A stretch of 64,000 nucleotides of DNA, taken from NCBI GenBank assembly GCA_964016885.1, contig OZ024749.1:36022001-36086000 (forward strand), given 5' to 3'. Within the stretch, counting starts at the first letter, position 1. Each line of letters starts with the position of its first letter. The translations under genes and the position numbers were made by a program. A model generated the notes under the pieces. That model was not told where the DNA came from. It saw only the letters and a program-made list of their open reading frames with translations, and searched no databases. Origin of the DNA: Eledone cirrhosa. Lineage: Eukaryota. Positions 25,943 through 40,554 of the stretch are shown piece by piece.

Positions 25943-28900
25943 CAAGATAAAACGAACACAGGGATACAATTACAAAGTCTTATTAGTTTCACGTTCGTCG
26001 GAAAATATTTAGGTTTTGTATTTGTTTTGTAAGATTCTTGATGTAAGTAAATTCAGTTAACTAAGATGAATTATAATCTGGTTAATAATAAAAAAAACAA
26101 AGTGAAACCTAACCGGTGCGTGTGTTGTAATTGGTAATATGACCTCCCAAAAGTACAATAAAAATATATGTATGAGCTGTAACTAATTGTAACTAGTAAG
26201 ATCATTATTGAACTTGATGTTCTATACTCTAAGGAAAGTATAGTGTATGTATGTATGTAATATATACACACCGATAAGCGAGTTTGTATGAGCAGGTGCT
26301 TGTATAAATGTATGTGTGTGTGTGTGTGAATATATATATATATATACACATTTATACAAGCACCTGTATATGTGTATATCTATGTATGTATGTATAACCG
26401 CATCCAGCCTTACGTCAGATCCCTAGCAGTGATAATGTTATATTCTCTCCCTAATCACTCTTTAACTTTCCTTTACCCACCTATATATTGTATCCATTCT
26501 ACTTCTAAATACAATCTGTTACTTCATTCAAACTTTCTCCTCTCATCCCCTCTCTTTCTATACTACGTTATCTTTACAACACTCCTCTTTCATTGTTCCT
26601 ATTACCTCATCTCTATTAAAGTATCCTTCTCTTTATTTATAACACTCTATCTATCTATCTCTATCAATATATTTTTTTATTTATCTATCTGTGTGTATAT
26701 CTATCTATCTCTAATTTCTCTCTTTCATCTCTGCTATCTTTCTCTCTAACTCCTTTTATCTCAATTTCCCTCCCCGTCTGTTTCCCTACATTTCTTTCTA
26801 TCTCTCTTCCTCCTCCCGTCCCTCGTCTTTCCTGCAACTCCCGCAGTCTTGCTGTCACCAAAGCTACCTTCGACCTGCTCAGCGAGACTACCACAACTAT
26901 TACTATTATTACTCCTACCACCGTCACCACCACACGGATTACAAACCTCAAACAGGAGCTTCTGTACATATCACATACATAGCACACATATATATATATA
27001 TATATGTGTACTCACACCCTTAACATATAGATATTTCGCTGACCGTTGGTCCAAAAAAAAAAAAAAGATATATATAAAAATATATACTCCAGAAAACCTT
27101 TGACCGCGCCTACCAACCACGACCACCACCTCTGCTAGTATTACTAATCAAAGGAAAGCAGTTTGTGTGGACGGATATTCTATCTATAATTAAGGTAACA
27201 ACATGCCCGTACGTAAGCAAGGTCAGTATTTCAGCCAAAATACTTTCTATACCAAATTCATATTTACCACCTCAGCTGTCTTTTTCATCCCATGCCAAGT
27301 TTTTTTTTACCCCACAGGCAACAGGATTATTAAACATTGATGTTGTTAACAGTATTATTATTAATATTATATTCTTCTCGTTTCTCGCGGGTTAAATATC
27401 CACCCCGCCTCTGTTAATTGAAAATTTCTTTATATATTCTACAAAACATTCTTCTTTCGTTCATCTTTAATCTGTAGTTATTTATTATTAAATGTTATTA
27501 TTAAATGTTATTATTAAATGTAATTATTAAATGTTATTACATACATTTCGTAATTATTAAATATTATTACTATCAATGTGTATATATAAAAGAAGTTCAA
27601 TATTTATTATACAAATATCATACTTATTTGTTTATTCTAAAATTGCTATATACACCCATCATTCAATATCGGCTTGTTTGTTTCTGTATGCATACATAAT
27701 ATTTATATATATACTTGCGTATTTCATTTTGTTGTATATACATGCATACTTCTCAATACACGCATTTATAGGATTTCATCGTATACATTAATATACATAC
27801 ATTAACTTAAACACACACATATGTGTCACATAGATGTTACATTGTTCACACGTATTGAGTGCTCCTTCAGTTAATATTTGAATGTTTTAAATACAGTATT
27901 TTAATAGAACCCTCTCTCTCTACACACATATATATATACGCACTTAAAGTTGCCTTTTGCATACTCAATCATTCATCTACTTCCTATATTCATTACACAT
28001 CTACGTGGTATATAAATACATTTAGATCAAGCATGTACGGGCTCATATCTTAGACACATACATGTATTTATATTACACATCATACCCAAGAACAGGCATG
28101 TACGTGTGCATATATTACCTATATCTTTATATATATATATATATATACATACATACACATGCAAATCCATACATACACGAACATGCATCTAGGCACATGA
28201 TCCATAGACGTCACGCCCTCTCTATCTAATTAACACATAGCCAAGTGCCCCTTCACTTTAAGGATCTAGAACAAACCCTCACATCCTACATACCGATACG
28301 TGAATGTGTGTGCGTGTCTGTATATTTGTTATATATCTCCGTATATATATATACATATCGTTATAAACGTGTACATCAGTATATATATATATATATATAT
28401 ACATGTTATAAACATGCTAATATATGCATGTTATTGTGTCATATGTACGTGTGTGTGTGTATATGTGGCATTGTGTGTATTTATGAATACATCAGTATAT
28501 GTACACGTATACGTATATATACACGTATACGTACGTACATACATGCATACATACACACATACACGATGTATGTATAGACGTATGCGCATTTAATATACAT
28601 CAGTATGTGTATATGTATGTATGTAAAAGACACATGTTTATCTGACTCATTTCGGTATTTTCATTTTACGTCTTCGAGGTGTTTGAATCGGACCGTCATC
28701 TGTGAAATACCGGGCAACGTGTTTTCTAGTATCTGTTGCATGCTTCTCATAGCATTCCGTATTGGCCTACGGCTACAATGGTGTCAGTTTATATATTGGC
28801 CTTTATCTTCTCTCTCCCTCCCTCTTTCCATCTTTCTTTGGACTATACTACAGCCATGGAATGGAAAGCAGACACATGCTGCTGGGACAATTACAAGACT

Positions 28901-29010
28901 TCCTGAAAGGACCACACATTCACACTCCCCTACACACCTTTCCCATGTCTGCTCTCGATTCAGAGTAATTAATTTTCCAGGTGCTCGCCTGGAGCTCCCC
29001 CCCCCCTCTC

Positions 29011-29049
<39 letters not shown>

Positions 29050-30227
29050 ATTATATCTAGTTTTAAACTAGGAAGACCATTATTTAGCGGAGTACTTGAT
29101 ATTTGGGATAGTTGAGTGTTTAATAAGAATTTATCGTCCAAGAAATAGTTTGTTGCCACATAATTTGATTTTGAAAGGACTTTCTTTGTACAGAAGGTAC
29201 TAGACAACGTGCAGCTATCGGAAAGAGAATGACAACAAACGCACAAGGGAAATTAACTCTTGTATATAAAACGGTGTATATAGAAGTTTAGTGTAAACAT
29301 AAGGCAGTTATAATTATCGTATTTGAATTAGAAGCCTTATCTGTGAAAAGAATGAAGTGTGTGGTGTGTAAATAATAAACACTTTCAACTATGATGAGGG
29401 TGCAATAATGTTTGAAAGGCAGACATAAAAACTATTTCTTTAGTTTTGTGTCCAGAGGAATAGTTGAGTGTTTACACTTCAGTTCATTTTCTTTTTACAG
29501 CGGAAGCTTCTAATTAAAAAAAAACAAACAACTAATATCTACCATAATCTCACCTTTTAACACACATACCCCCTCTCCCTGTATCTCTGCTGCTTCATAC
29601 CGTTATTTGTTCTCTATAGTTCAAATGGGTACTTCTTCGCTACTCTTGTGTGTATTATTCTGTGAAGCATAGCGGAAAATGTGGTTGATAAACAAAGCAC
29701 CCTGCCTTCTTCCTTCATTCCCGCCTATTTTGTTAAACAAACACGATCTTTAGACTGTAGAGTCGTCACTAATGTAGTTTACAAAGTTGGTCATAATTTA
29801 GAACAGAAACCTACCTTTAGAAAACTGGGTTAAGGTGTAGCAATCAAGTTCAGTAAAATACGTGGGTTATTAATCTATAGAATTCAATCCTATTCTTTAA
29901 TTGGTTTTAGTTATTAGAATGCGGCCATGCTCTAGCACTGCCATGATTTAGTCGATCACACCGACTCCAGAACATGTTTTTCAAATCTGTTACTTATTTT
30001 ATCGATCACTTTTGTCGAACTGCTAGTATACCGGGTACATACAGACAAAAGCGTAGACACATACACACATACAACCGGCTTCAACGGTTTCCGTGTATCA
30101 AATTCCTCTCACAAGACATTGGTAAACTCATGGCTATAGTAGACACCTGCACAAGGTGCCCCCCCCCCCATATATACACACGCATATATACACATATACA
30201 TATATACATATATATATACACACACAC

Positions 30228-30480
30228 ACAAATATCTGGCTACCCGTTTCTAGTCCTTTATCAATCATGTTGCTACAATAAGAATTTCACTTTCCATGAC
30301 AATATATATATATATATATAGATGATGGAGGATGTCAAAGTATGGTTTGTCATGTACTCTGTTTATTGAGATACCTACCCGACTAGAAAACTTTGTAGGA
30401 GATATTGTCATGGAAAGTGAAATTCTTATTGTAGCAACATGATTGATAAAGGACTAGAAACGGGTAGCCAGATATTTGTA
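30228..30480. repeat. Inverted repeat (~78-bp arms) associated with a TA tract
   Basis: ACAAATATCTGGCTACCCGTTTC..CATGACAATAT / ATATTGTCATG..GAAACGGGTAGCCAGATATTTGT. Confidence 0.85.
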
Positions 30481-30837
30481 AAAGGAAACGAGAATTTGCT
30501 TTAGGCTTTTTTTAATAGCCTACAAGGTATGCGGATAGTAAAAAAAAAATAAAAAAAATTAGCACTAACACCAACATAGCGTAACTTAGAATAAAGGTAT
30601 ATTTGAATCCATATACATACACTGAGTATTACTGCCGTGAGACTAGATGTATGTTTATTATGCGTAAACATATTGATTTATTTAAATCAATTACAACAAT
30701 TATCTTTCATATTTTCGTTAATCATTATAGAAACATAATTTAATTTTAAACATTTTTGTAATTATTTAATAAACCATTTTGGATTTACACATACAAGATA
30801 CTTGCAGATGTATTGATAAAAGAGAAAGTGATGTCAA

Positions 30838-31220
30838 GTCTTCCGGCGCTAACGAGCTTTTGTGGGTTTAAGCCTCTCCAATAGTATTTCAATATACTTG
30901 TGCTTTTGTTTTTACTACATTGACTTTCCATTAACTCTAGATATGTTAGTATAATCATGTTTTAATTTCTTTCTTAGTCTCGTATTGGTGATTAAAAAAA
31001 AAGCTTGAACTATTAATAATAATAATTTTCTATTTTAAGCACAAGGCCAGCAATTTTTGTGGGAGGGGAAAGTCGATTAAATCGACCCTAGTGCATTATT
31101 GGTGGTTTATTTTATCGACCCCATAAGGATGAAAGGTAAAGCTAGAATAATAACACACATACAATATATATATATATACTTAAGCCCCTCCAATCCCAAA
31201 ACTATATCGGAAGCTCTGGA
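30838..31220 (+). mobile_element. Unclassified non-autonomous element (related copy 37895-38463), interrupted by a SINE A fragment (31020-31145)
   Basis: Shared CTTCC..GGCGCTAA..TTTTTACTACATTGA..ATATGTTAGTAT.ATCATGTTTT..CTTAAG..CCAAT.CCCAAACT..GAAGCTCTG. Confidence 0.65.
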
Positions 31221-31482
31221 TGTGCTATGTATATTGTGATACTTCCTTTTCTTTTACTAATAAATATTTCGGTATTTACACATACAGATCAATCATGTAA
31301 TCATTTGTATTAACTAGACGACCATTGCTGTTTATTTAAAACGAAAGAACACCCAGTGAAGATATACTGTAGACAGCTGCAAACCGAAAGCAGGTCGCTG
31401 GCTTCCCATCAGCAGATGTGTATGATGAAAGGGAAAGGAATGTTAATCAATGTGATTGCTTGTCTACCTGAATAGATTGACT

Positions 31483-31930
31483 ACACACAGGTAGCTGTGT
31501 ATAACAACGTATACAGCATACCTTACACATACAGGTAGCTGTGTATAACATGTACAATATACCTTACAAATACCGGTAGCTGTGTATAGCGATACTTACA
31601 GCATATCTTACATATATACACAGATAGCTGTGTATAGCAACACATACAGCATACCATACACAGGTAGCTGTGTATAACATACATTACACATACACACAGG
31701 TAACCGTATATAACATACACAGCATACCTTACACATACACAACACACCTTACACAGCATACCATACACATACACAGCACACTTCATACCGGTAGCGGAGT
31801 ATAATATACACAATATACCTTACACACACAGGTTACTGTTTATAACATATGCATACATACATACTCATGGGTAGTTGTGTATAAACATACGCAGCATACA
31901 TACTGGTATAACAGCATACCACATACATAT
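31483..31930. repeat. Degenerate ~42-48 bp minisatellite
   Basis: Recurrent ACAGGTAGCTGTGTATAAC..ACAGCATACCTTAC. Confidence 0.8.
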
Positions 31931-33696
31931 GAGAGGGATGGGGAGAGACTGTGTACTCTACACCTAGTGAAACAGTAGAATCCTAGGGAAATAGTGAAGT
32001 TCAACGTTGGCAAAACAAGCAAAACCAAAGTAACAGAAATAATTGAGTTTATTTATTTATTTTTTCTTCACACTAGCTGTCATTTCATTTCTCTCTCTCT
32101 CCCTCTCTCTCTAACGAACAGATCAACCCGAAAACTTCTACATCTCTTCTTCCTCCTTACGGCATAAAACTTGAAACATATTCCATTGTTTGAATTACCG
32201 TAATTTACTCATGTAAAACTCAATCACATGTATAAGATGTCTGCAGGTGTTTGTTGTTGTCCTGTGTTTTCAGTTTAGAATACTATATATAGATATATAC
32301 TCGTGTAAAAGTTTATTCCCTATTTAAACATTTTTATTTTTTTTAATTTTTTTTTTTTACGAAAACAAAATTGGTTTGTGAGATATTTCCACATTTTTTC
32401 ATATAAAAGTCGACCCTAGTTCTTCAGGGACAACAGATCAATATTTGTAAATCAATGTATTATCCTAAACATTAACGTTGCCATGAGGAAATATATTTCG
32501 CTATGCTATTATATTCTGAGGTACACAATTGAAAATATTTATAAGAGCTACGAGGCCTAATATTTATGACTTTTGGTAGTAGGGAATGTGTTTTGATGCG
32601 AAAAAACATTGCCATTATTACAGTAGTCCATGGTTTTACGTTGATTAATTTAGTCCTTTTGGGCTTCTACTTGGTGATGCAGTAATTTGAATTGCGGTGT
32701 CAATTTCAGTCCCTCGAAAGGAGTATCCTTGTAATAGACGACCCTATAAATTTAACCTAAAAAAAAAAAAAAAAAAAGACGTCTTATACACGAGTGTGTG
32801 TTACCTGGCTGACATCATATCTGTGATCGTTCTTTCTCAAAACCAAGTAGACAATGTTTTGAGAGATTAAAATATATTGACTGGTGGCTGGTCTCCTTTG
32901 CTTTATTTAATTGTAATTGGGAGAGGGGAAAGAATAGGCAGGTAGCTGTGTGACTATGTGCTTGGTCTCTTCTGCGTGCTGGTTTCTCTCTCTATCTTCA
33001 TGTATGCTGGTCTCTCTCTCTTCCTTTCTGTCTGTCTGATTCTTTCTCCTCTCTTTCATTTCCCCGTATGCTTGGTCGGTCTCTCTCTCTCTCTCTCTCT
33101 CTCCGTTCTATAGAGGGTCACGTTACCGTATTGCTTACTGCTTGTATCAATTGACGATCACATACTTCACTAACAACAACAACATTAAAAGTGACACCAC
33201 AGTAGTGTATAGTCTGCTCTCCACTCCCCTCTCTCTACTTCCACCCTTTCTCTTTCTACTTCCACTCTTTCTCTTTCTACTTCCACTCTCTCTCTCTATC
33301 AGCTGCTCTTCAACCCTAACTTCACGAACTCAGTCATGTGGAAATATCGCAGAATCCATTAACTACTGCTCCTCTCGTTCACACATGTATATATTACATG
33401 TATACTGTCACGTATGCCACACGTTTCTACTGTCAGTTTTCTCTATTACACAAACATACGCACATTCTTCTACTTCTCTAATCTTCCTTTCTCCCTCTTT
33501 CCACATAACCTCTCTCTATTCCATATACACACTTTTCCACACCCTTATACACTCACCCCCTTTCCTTTCCATACAAACTATCTCTTTCCACACACACCCT
33601 TCCTCTCTATTCTCCATCTTCCTCTCTACACAGTCTGTACCCTATATATCCCTGTTTCTTTCTCTCACCCTGCTTTCCCAGAATCCTCTACATTAT

Positions 33697-33806
33697 CGTG
33701 GCTGAGTGGTTAGAGAATTGGATTCGCAATCGTAAGGTTGTGAGTTCGATTCCTAGACCAGGCGATGCGTTATGTCCTTGAGCAAGACACTTTATTTAAC
33801 GTTGCT
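33697..33806 (+). mobile_element. SINE family B, 5' fragment
   Basis: CGTGGCTGAGTGGTTAGAG..GAGTTCGATTCC..CCTTGAGCAAGACACTT. Confidence 0.75.
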
Positions 33807-35067
33807 CCTTCTACCTGGAGTTGCGACCGATAGATAGTATTAGGAAAGACCAACGAAAACATTGTTCCCTCGGTCCGATTTGACGAAAGTCGATCGTTCC
33901 TTTAAGATGGGTATACAAATTCTTATATTTTAGAAGAATTACTGTAGGTATGTATGTATATAATGGAACTGGAACTCTTAAGGGAATTGTGGGGCAAGAT
34001 ATTGGCATACAGCGTTTCTTAGGGCATTTTAAAACCTGACGGAGCTCATTCCTTCCCCAGGTCTGAGTACAGCAGATTTCTTCAAGTGAGAGTGAGGAAG
34101 AGATATAGAGGAACAGTCGACCCATCTACTAGATGGGCACTTTTTTATCCACACCCTTTCCTGCAAACATTTGACAGGAGAAAAAAAAACTGTGATTTAT
34201 CTATTGAACCTACAAAACCTTAATTCAAAATATATATTGTATTGTAAACATAGGTAAAATGGAGGTGTGACTTATACACAAGTATGTATATATATATATA
34301 AAACCATCATCATTTAATGTTTGTTTTACCTGCTATCAAGGGTTGGGCATGTCACAATATGGTTAGTACTTAGTGGAGCCTCTGGTTTCCAGGTGGGTCA
34401 GGGACTTGATGTATGATCCCATACTCTACCATGTGCATTTTATCATAGCACCAACACTATGGAGATTGTCATGTCTTTGGCATAACTGAAAAGTCTTCCT
34501 GAATATTTGTTTGGCATGTTTTTTTTTTAATAGCTTCCTATCACCAATTGCTTTACAAAGTGTACTGGGTGCATTTGTCATGTAAATCAACACCTGAGAG
34601 GTTTCTCTGCCCATGGCACAACCAAAAAGTCCTCTTAACTTTTTTAGGTATAGTTTCTACAGCAGGGTGCTGTTAACTCCCACTAAAGAGCTTTCCCTAC
34701 GTGTGCAAGTGGAAGGGTTTATGTCATGGGCAGGGTGGTAGAAGGCAAAGTTGCACAGGGAAAAATGGATATGGCAGACAAACAAACAAAAACATATTTT
34801 CCCTTCATCAGCCATCTCTTCAATAATACAGTTTTGTGCATAAGGGTGGAATTATATTAATATTTCCAGGCTGCACAACTGCTTGAAAGAACAGCTGCTG
34901 GAAAGATGCATGAGAGACATGACAACAAATGAAAAATAAACACAGAATTTATGTGTGTACCATCATCATAATCATCACTGTTTAGTGTCTATTTTCCATG
35001 TTTGCATGGGTTAGACAGGTTGTCCACGCTGAGAGGGAAGTCCAGCCAGAATTGGCCATGTCGCACC

Positions 35068-35270
35068 TTTCTACAGCTGGATGCCTTTCCTAACACCAAC
35101 CTCATTTACAGTGAGTACTGGGTGCTTTTTTTTCCGTGGCGCCTACACATCCACTTTGCAGTGGAATGATAGGGACCACAGTCCTCTCATCTCATTTCTA
35201 CAGCTGAGTAAACTGGAGCAGTGTGAAATAAAGTGTCTTGCTCAAGAAAACAACACATCACCCGGTCCGA
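35068..35270 (-). mobile_element. SINE family B, partial
   Basis: Matches the central and tail parts of the 13943 copy. Confidence 0.8.
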
Positions 35271-35834
35271 GATATATATATATATATTATCTCATCATCA
35301 TTTAACGTCCCCTTTTCACGCTAGCATGTATTATATATATATGCATGTATGTTCTCATGAAAATACAATTTGAAAAACCAGCATTCAACTGGTTTATCTA
35401 TTGCACCTACAATCTCAATTCACAAAAATATATGGTTATGAATGTGGGGGTAGGGTGAATGATCAAAAAATTTGGAGTAATGTTGCATTGTGGACTAAAG
35501 TGTAGACATAGCTGTATGATTAAATAGTCTGATTCCCAACCACATGGTTTGGGGTTCAGTCCTACTGCATGGTACCTTGAGTGTCTTCTACAACAGCCTT
35601 GCTTTGAGCAATGCATTTGTTGGAAATATTGCTACTAAGTAAGTACTTAATGAGAGCTACTGTCCTCTCAGACTGACTGGGGACCATGTCTTGATTACAT
35701 ATTTCCAGTTTTGTCATGGTTTCTGCAGCTGGATGCCCTTCCTAATGTCAATCACTTCATAGCGTGTACTGGGGTTTCTTGTAGTACCACCATTACCACC
35801 TGATGGGATGGACCGTGCTACTTTCAGTGCACCA

Positions 35835-35865
<31 letters not shown>

Positions 35866-35929
35866 AATGAGGGTTGGGTTGTATGGGTGGCAATGAAGAT
35901 AGTTTGGTGGTGGTATCAATTAACTAAGA

Positions 35930-36125
35930 GAAGACAGGGGTCTGTTGGTGAATTGGGTCCTTGTCAATGAGCCAGATGGTTTTGTATTGGATGTAGTCTC
36001 CTGTCTGTGGTGTGGTATGGTGTGTATGTATGTATGTTTGTGTGGTGTGTGTTTGTAGCAACAACTGTACCTTGTCCCAGATGTGGAAACAGTATTCCAT
36101 TGTGGGTCTCATTTAAGCTTTGTTG
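35930..36125 (-). mobile_element. CR1/Jockey-group LINE fragment
   Basis: KA*MRPTMEYCFHIW..DYIQYKTIWLI resembles YKAQ.RP.MEYCSHIW..DRIQ.RA.RLI. Confidence 0.55.
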
Positions 36126-36230
36126 AATGTCAGCAGCTGTTCAATTTATGGTGATTATGATGATGTTATATAATTTATGCATATTTACTGGCAAATCTAT
36201 TCTATTAGATATCTATCAATCTCCCTCCTC

Positions 36231-36271
<41 letters not shown>

Positions 36272-36439
36272 CATACATACACACATATACACACACACAC
36301 ACACACGTGTATAAATAGGTGTATGTGGAGAGAGAGGGGGGGGGGGAGATGCTGGAAGCAGTTTGAGTTTACAATGAGTTCAGTGAGGAATTTACTGTCC
36401 ATTTGACACTTATGTTAGCCATCCTGCTTATCTACATCA

Positions 36440-36632
36440 TAAGTTTTAAATTATCTGACACCTATTTTAGCTACCATCTCTCTAGAGTCATAAGAGAAGA
36501 GTTTAAGACCAGCTGATACCTATCTTAGCTACCTTTACTTCTCCAGGTTATAAGAAAGGAGTTTAAGATCAGCTGACACCTATTTTAGTCAACTTATTTC
36601 CTGGTCATAAGAGATGAGTTTAAGATCAGTTG
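36440..36632. repeat. ~58-60 bp tandem repeat, 3 copies
   Basis: CTGACACCTATTTTAGCTACC..TCATAAGAG..GAGTTTAAGA.CAG. Confidence 0.8.
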
Positions 36633-38091
36633 TCCATGGGAACCCCTGTGTACTGATCACCTAGTTCTCAGCTGAATTAGCAAAGAAACTCCAAAGGAAG
36701 AAGCAAAGTCTAGATTGAAGAGGTATTAGAATATACCTATGATCATAACTGGAGTGCCTTTGATCCTAGGTCACAGTTGGATCAGGGTGGTGTTAAACAT
36801 CATGAAATTTCTGCATAACCTTAAAGTATCACTATAATATTCAGCACCACATCTAGTGCAACACATTATTAACTCTTTTGTAGCTGTATAATGAAATATA
36901 ATCGGGCAAATGGCAGAAAAAAGCCTCTAGGTCATAGACCAACATGGCCTCTCTGGCAAATATAAGGTTTGGTGTTTGCAGTTCATGTTGATCCCAAACT
37001 TCTCTGGCTTCTGCTGATTTATATATCGGCTCAAGTATAGTGGATGCTCAAATCAACAAATACACAAGGAAGTGGCCTAGTGTCCCACCAGGTCTCTCTG
37101 CTGTCCAGCTTTCCTGAGAGTTTCTTATCACTTTTGATTGATTTACTAAAATCCTTTCATTACTAAAACAGTAATTTAAATAGGGTTCTTGTATATAATC
37201 TCAGATTCTAAATGACAGCCCTTTAAAACCAGTAGTTTAAACTTTAGGAAACCAGAGCCTGTTTTGGAAGGGTTAGTATTAAAAGGGTTACTACAATAGA
37301 CTTTATGCAAATTCACATTACATAAAATCCTTGTAGTAACACAACCTATATCACATATATTCTACACAACACCAAAACACAGCTTATAGATATATATTCT
37401 ACACAACACCAAATATACAGCTTATAGACATATTCTACACAATACCCTCTCAACACATGAATTCACTACAGATATTATACATATGACTGACTGTATCTAT
37501 ATTACAACACACCTCTACACCATCACCTTATATTCTACACACCACCCTCACAACACCCACACCTACCCTACATATATTCTACAGGACTGACTGTATTTAC
37601 ACAACACCCTCACATGACTCAATGCAATGATACACTTTACATACAAAAGCAACATTAACTCTTTTCATACTAAACCACTTGAAACCATCCCTGGTTCTAT
37701 AAAAAAAAAAAAAATACAAAACCTCAAAGCTAATTCTATGTAAGAATCTTTCTAAAGTTGTTTTCTGAATAGCAGGTTAATGAAAAAGTTATTTTACAAA
37801 ATTCTTGATTATTTTCCAAAGGATTTGAAAATCATAGACATCATCTTTCATTAGAAATATGGTAATGAATATTAAAACCCATAGCATAAGAAAACTTCCT
37901 GGCGCTAAGGGATCTTTGGGCTTAAGCCCCCCCCCCAATAATGTAGAAAACTTGTTGAATGATGTTGGTTTTTACTACATTGATTTTCTATTGATTCTAA
38001 ATATGTTAGTATGATCATGTTTTTAATTTCTTTCTTAGTCTCTTATTAGTGATAAAAAAAAGTGTGAGCTAATAATAATACACATGTACAG

Positions 38092-38122
<31 letters not shown>

Positions 38123-38256
38123 GTAGATAAATCTACCAAAAGTTTACGGTAGTGTCCAATCCGTATGAAGAACTCAATGTAATCCGGATATCATGAAAAG
38201 AGAAGATGCATTCAAAAACTACTTTCGGTGAAAAATAAACGGAAAACAGAGTCAAG

Positions 38257-38383
38257 ATAAAATATTAAAAAAATAATGAATAAACAAAGAAACAGTTCCT
38301 TATATTAGAAAAATTCATTATTTGAATATAATGAATTTTTCTAATATAAGGAACTGTTTCTTTGTTTATTCATTATTTTTTTA

Positions 38384-38392
<9 letters not shown>
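38257..38392. repeat. AT-rich palindrome ending in (TA)n
   Basis: ATAAAATATTAAAAAAATAATGAATAAACAAAGAAACAGTTCC.. / ..GGAACTGTTTCTTTGTTTATTCATTATTTTTTTAATATTTTAT. Confidence 0.85.
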
Positions 38393-38423
<31 letters not shown>

Positions 38424-38604
38424 TAAGTAACCCCAATTCCCAAACTGTTAATGAAGCTCTGCATAAGAATAAGACCAATAGATCAGCTGTTAGCCAAGCA
38501 AAAACACTATAATACAAGGTTGTGTTCATTGAGTGGTGGGGACATTGAGCTGTGTCAAAGTATTACAGTGAAAATCACTTGTGAAACCATTAAAAAGACA
38601 ACAA

Positions 38605-38790
38605 CAATAATTGTCTTTAATTTAAGCACAAGGACAGCAATTTGAAAGGAAGGGGGAAAGTCAATTAAATTGACCCAGTGAATTACTGGTACTTTATATT
38701 ATTGGCCTTATAAGGATGAAAGATAAAGCTAACCTCGACAAGATTTGAAATCAGAATGTAAAGGGCCATAACTATATGCCCAATGCTCTT
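38605..38790 (-). mobile_element. SINE family A (diverged)
   Basis: Reverse-complement central domain and tail. Confidence 0.75.
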
Positions 38791-38926
38791 CCTATACTAA
38801 TAATAATAACCAAAATCCCAGTACTTAAAAATATATACAATATACAGAAAATGATGCTATCAGGTACTGCACCCATATTACATAGTATCCCAGGATTTAT
38901 ACTCAACACACATAAAATACTCTAAG

Positions 38927-38987
<61 letters not shown>

Positions 38988-39142
38988 AAAGTTTTATTTA
39001 AAATTGTTGGGTTACAACGAGTAAATATTTTATAACTGATATAAAGCACTCAACAAGTTTTGGAGTAGATATACGATATTAAATGGAAGTTGATCAATAT
39101 TTATGGTACGTCAAATTTATTTATAAAACTGCTTATATATTG

Positions 39143-39208
39143 TATTTTATCTGAAGAAGGCATGCCATATTTTTAATATGGTATCCCTGAAACATGTATA
39201 ATGAAATA
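39143..39208 (+). ncRNA. Type I hammerhead ribozyme with long stem II
   Basis: TATTTTAT-CTGAAGA-AGGCATGCCATATTTTTAATATGGTATCCCT-GAAA-CATGTA-TA-ATGAAATA, inside an imperfect inverted repeat between TA tracts; stem III is imperfect. Confidence 0.7.
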
Positions 39209-39247
39209 AATATGGTTTTATAAATATAGTTTCCATTTGTTTAATAT

Positions 39248-39288
<41 letters not shown>

Positions 39289-39454
39289 GAGAGAGAGAGG
39301 GAGAGGGAGTAGCATGCTTAGTTATTGTACACATATTATGTACAGTACTTTCAATATAATAGAAACACCACCATCATAAACAACACTGCACCTACCCCCA
39401 AGGTACATAGAGCTGTGCTCTCTAACACAGTGACTGCACACACTGGAAATAAGA

Positions 39455-40049
39455 CTTTCTGATTTAGGCACAGGGTCAACAATTTTTGGGGAGAGGAACG
39501 TTAATTAAATTGGGCCCCAGTGCATTACTGGTACTTTATTTTATCAACCTTGTAAGTATGAAAAGCAAAGCTAACCTCACCGGGTTTTGAACTCAGATAC
39601 TGTCAATCCATCGTTTTAATCTTCTTCACCTAATAATAATAATAATAAAAATAATAATGGTTTCTGATTTAGGCACAAGGCCAGTAATTTTAGGGGAGGG
39701 GAAAGTTGATTAAATCGACCCAAGTGCGTGACTGGTACTTTATTTTTTCGACCACGTAAGGATGAAAGGCAAATCTAACCTCTGCAGGATTTGAACTCAG
39801 AATGTAAAAGGCCATAACTCTATACCACAAATCATAGTGTCTGACGCTCTACCAACACTGTTAATGATAATAATTGTTTCTACTTTAGGCACAAGGCCAG
39901 CAAATACCCAGTGCATTACTGGTACTTTATTTCATCGACCCCGTAAGGATGAAAGGCAAAGTCAACCTCAGCGGGATTTGAACTCGGATCGTAAAGGGAC
40001 GTAACTATACTGGAAAGCATGGTGTCTGACCCTCTACCCATACTGCCAA
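39455..40049 (-). mobile_element. Three tandem SINE family A copies
   Basis: Three successive AGGCACA.GG.CA..CTGGTACTTTATTT..ATGAAA.GCAAA units. Confidence 0.85.
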
Positions 40050-40554
40050 TAATAGTGGCCCCTAGCTTCAGAATGACATGGTGTCAAATTTATGAGGGGC
40101 TGGGTGTAGTTGGAGTGAATAACATTGTGACGTTCATGCCATTCCAAAGAGTATTGGTATTGTAACAGTGCCCCTACAAAAGACTTAATAAATGTCTGTA
40201 AGAAGGGCTTTTTTTTCTACTACTACTACTACTACTATTACTACTACTACTACTACTATTACTACTACTACTATTACTACTACTACTACTACCATCACCA
40301 CTACTATTATTACTAGTACCATCATCACTCTACTACCACCACCACCACCACCACTGTCACTACCAGCAATACCAATACTACTGTCACAACCTCCCCTATC
40401 ATTGTCACCACCAACACTACTACTATTACTACTACTACAACTATCACCATTACTGCTACCACTATTACTACTATAAATAATACTACCACCACAATAACAT
40501 ACATCATTATTGTCAATTATCACTGACGGTCTTTTCAGAAATTGTGTGTGTTAT

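Noticed and set aside
28700-28730. Helitron-like 3' end (AATACCGGGCAACG..CTAGT)
   Set aside because: Hairpin is incomplete and no matching 5' end was found
32196-32805. Possible decayed pogo/Tc1-type element with TACCGTA..GTATAAGA / TCTTATACACGAG ends
   Set aside because: TIRs too degenerate and no transposase remnant recognised
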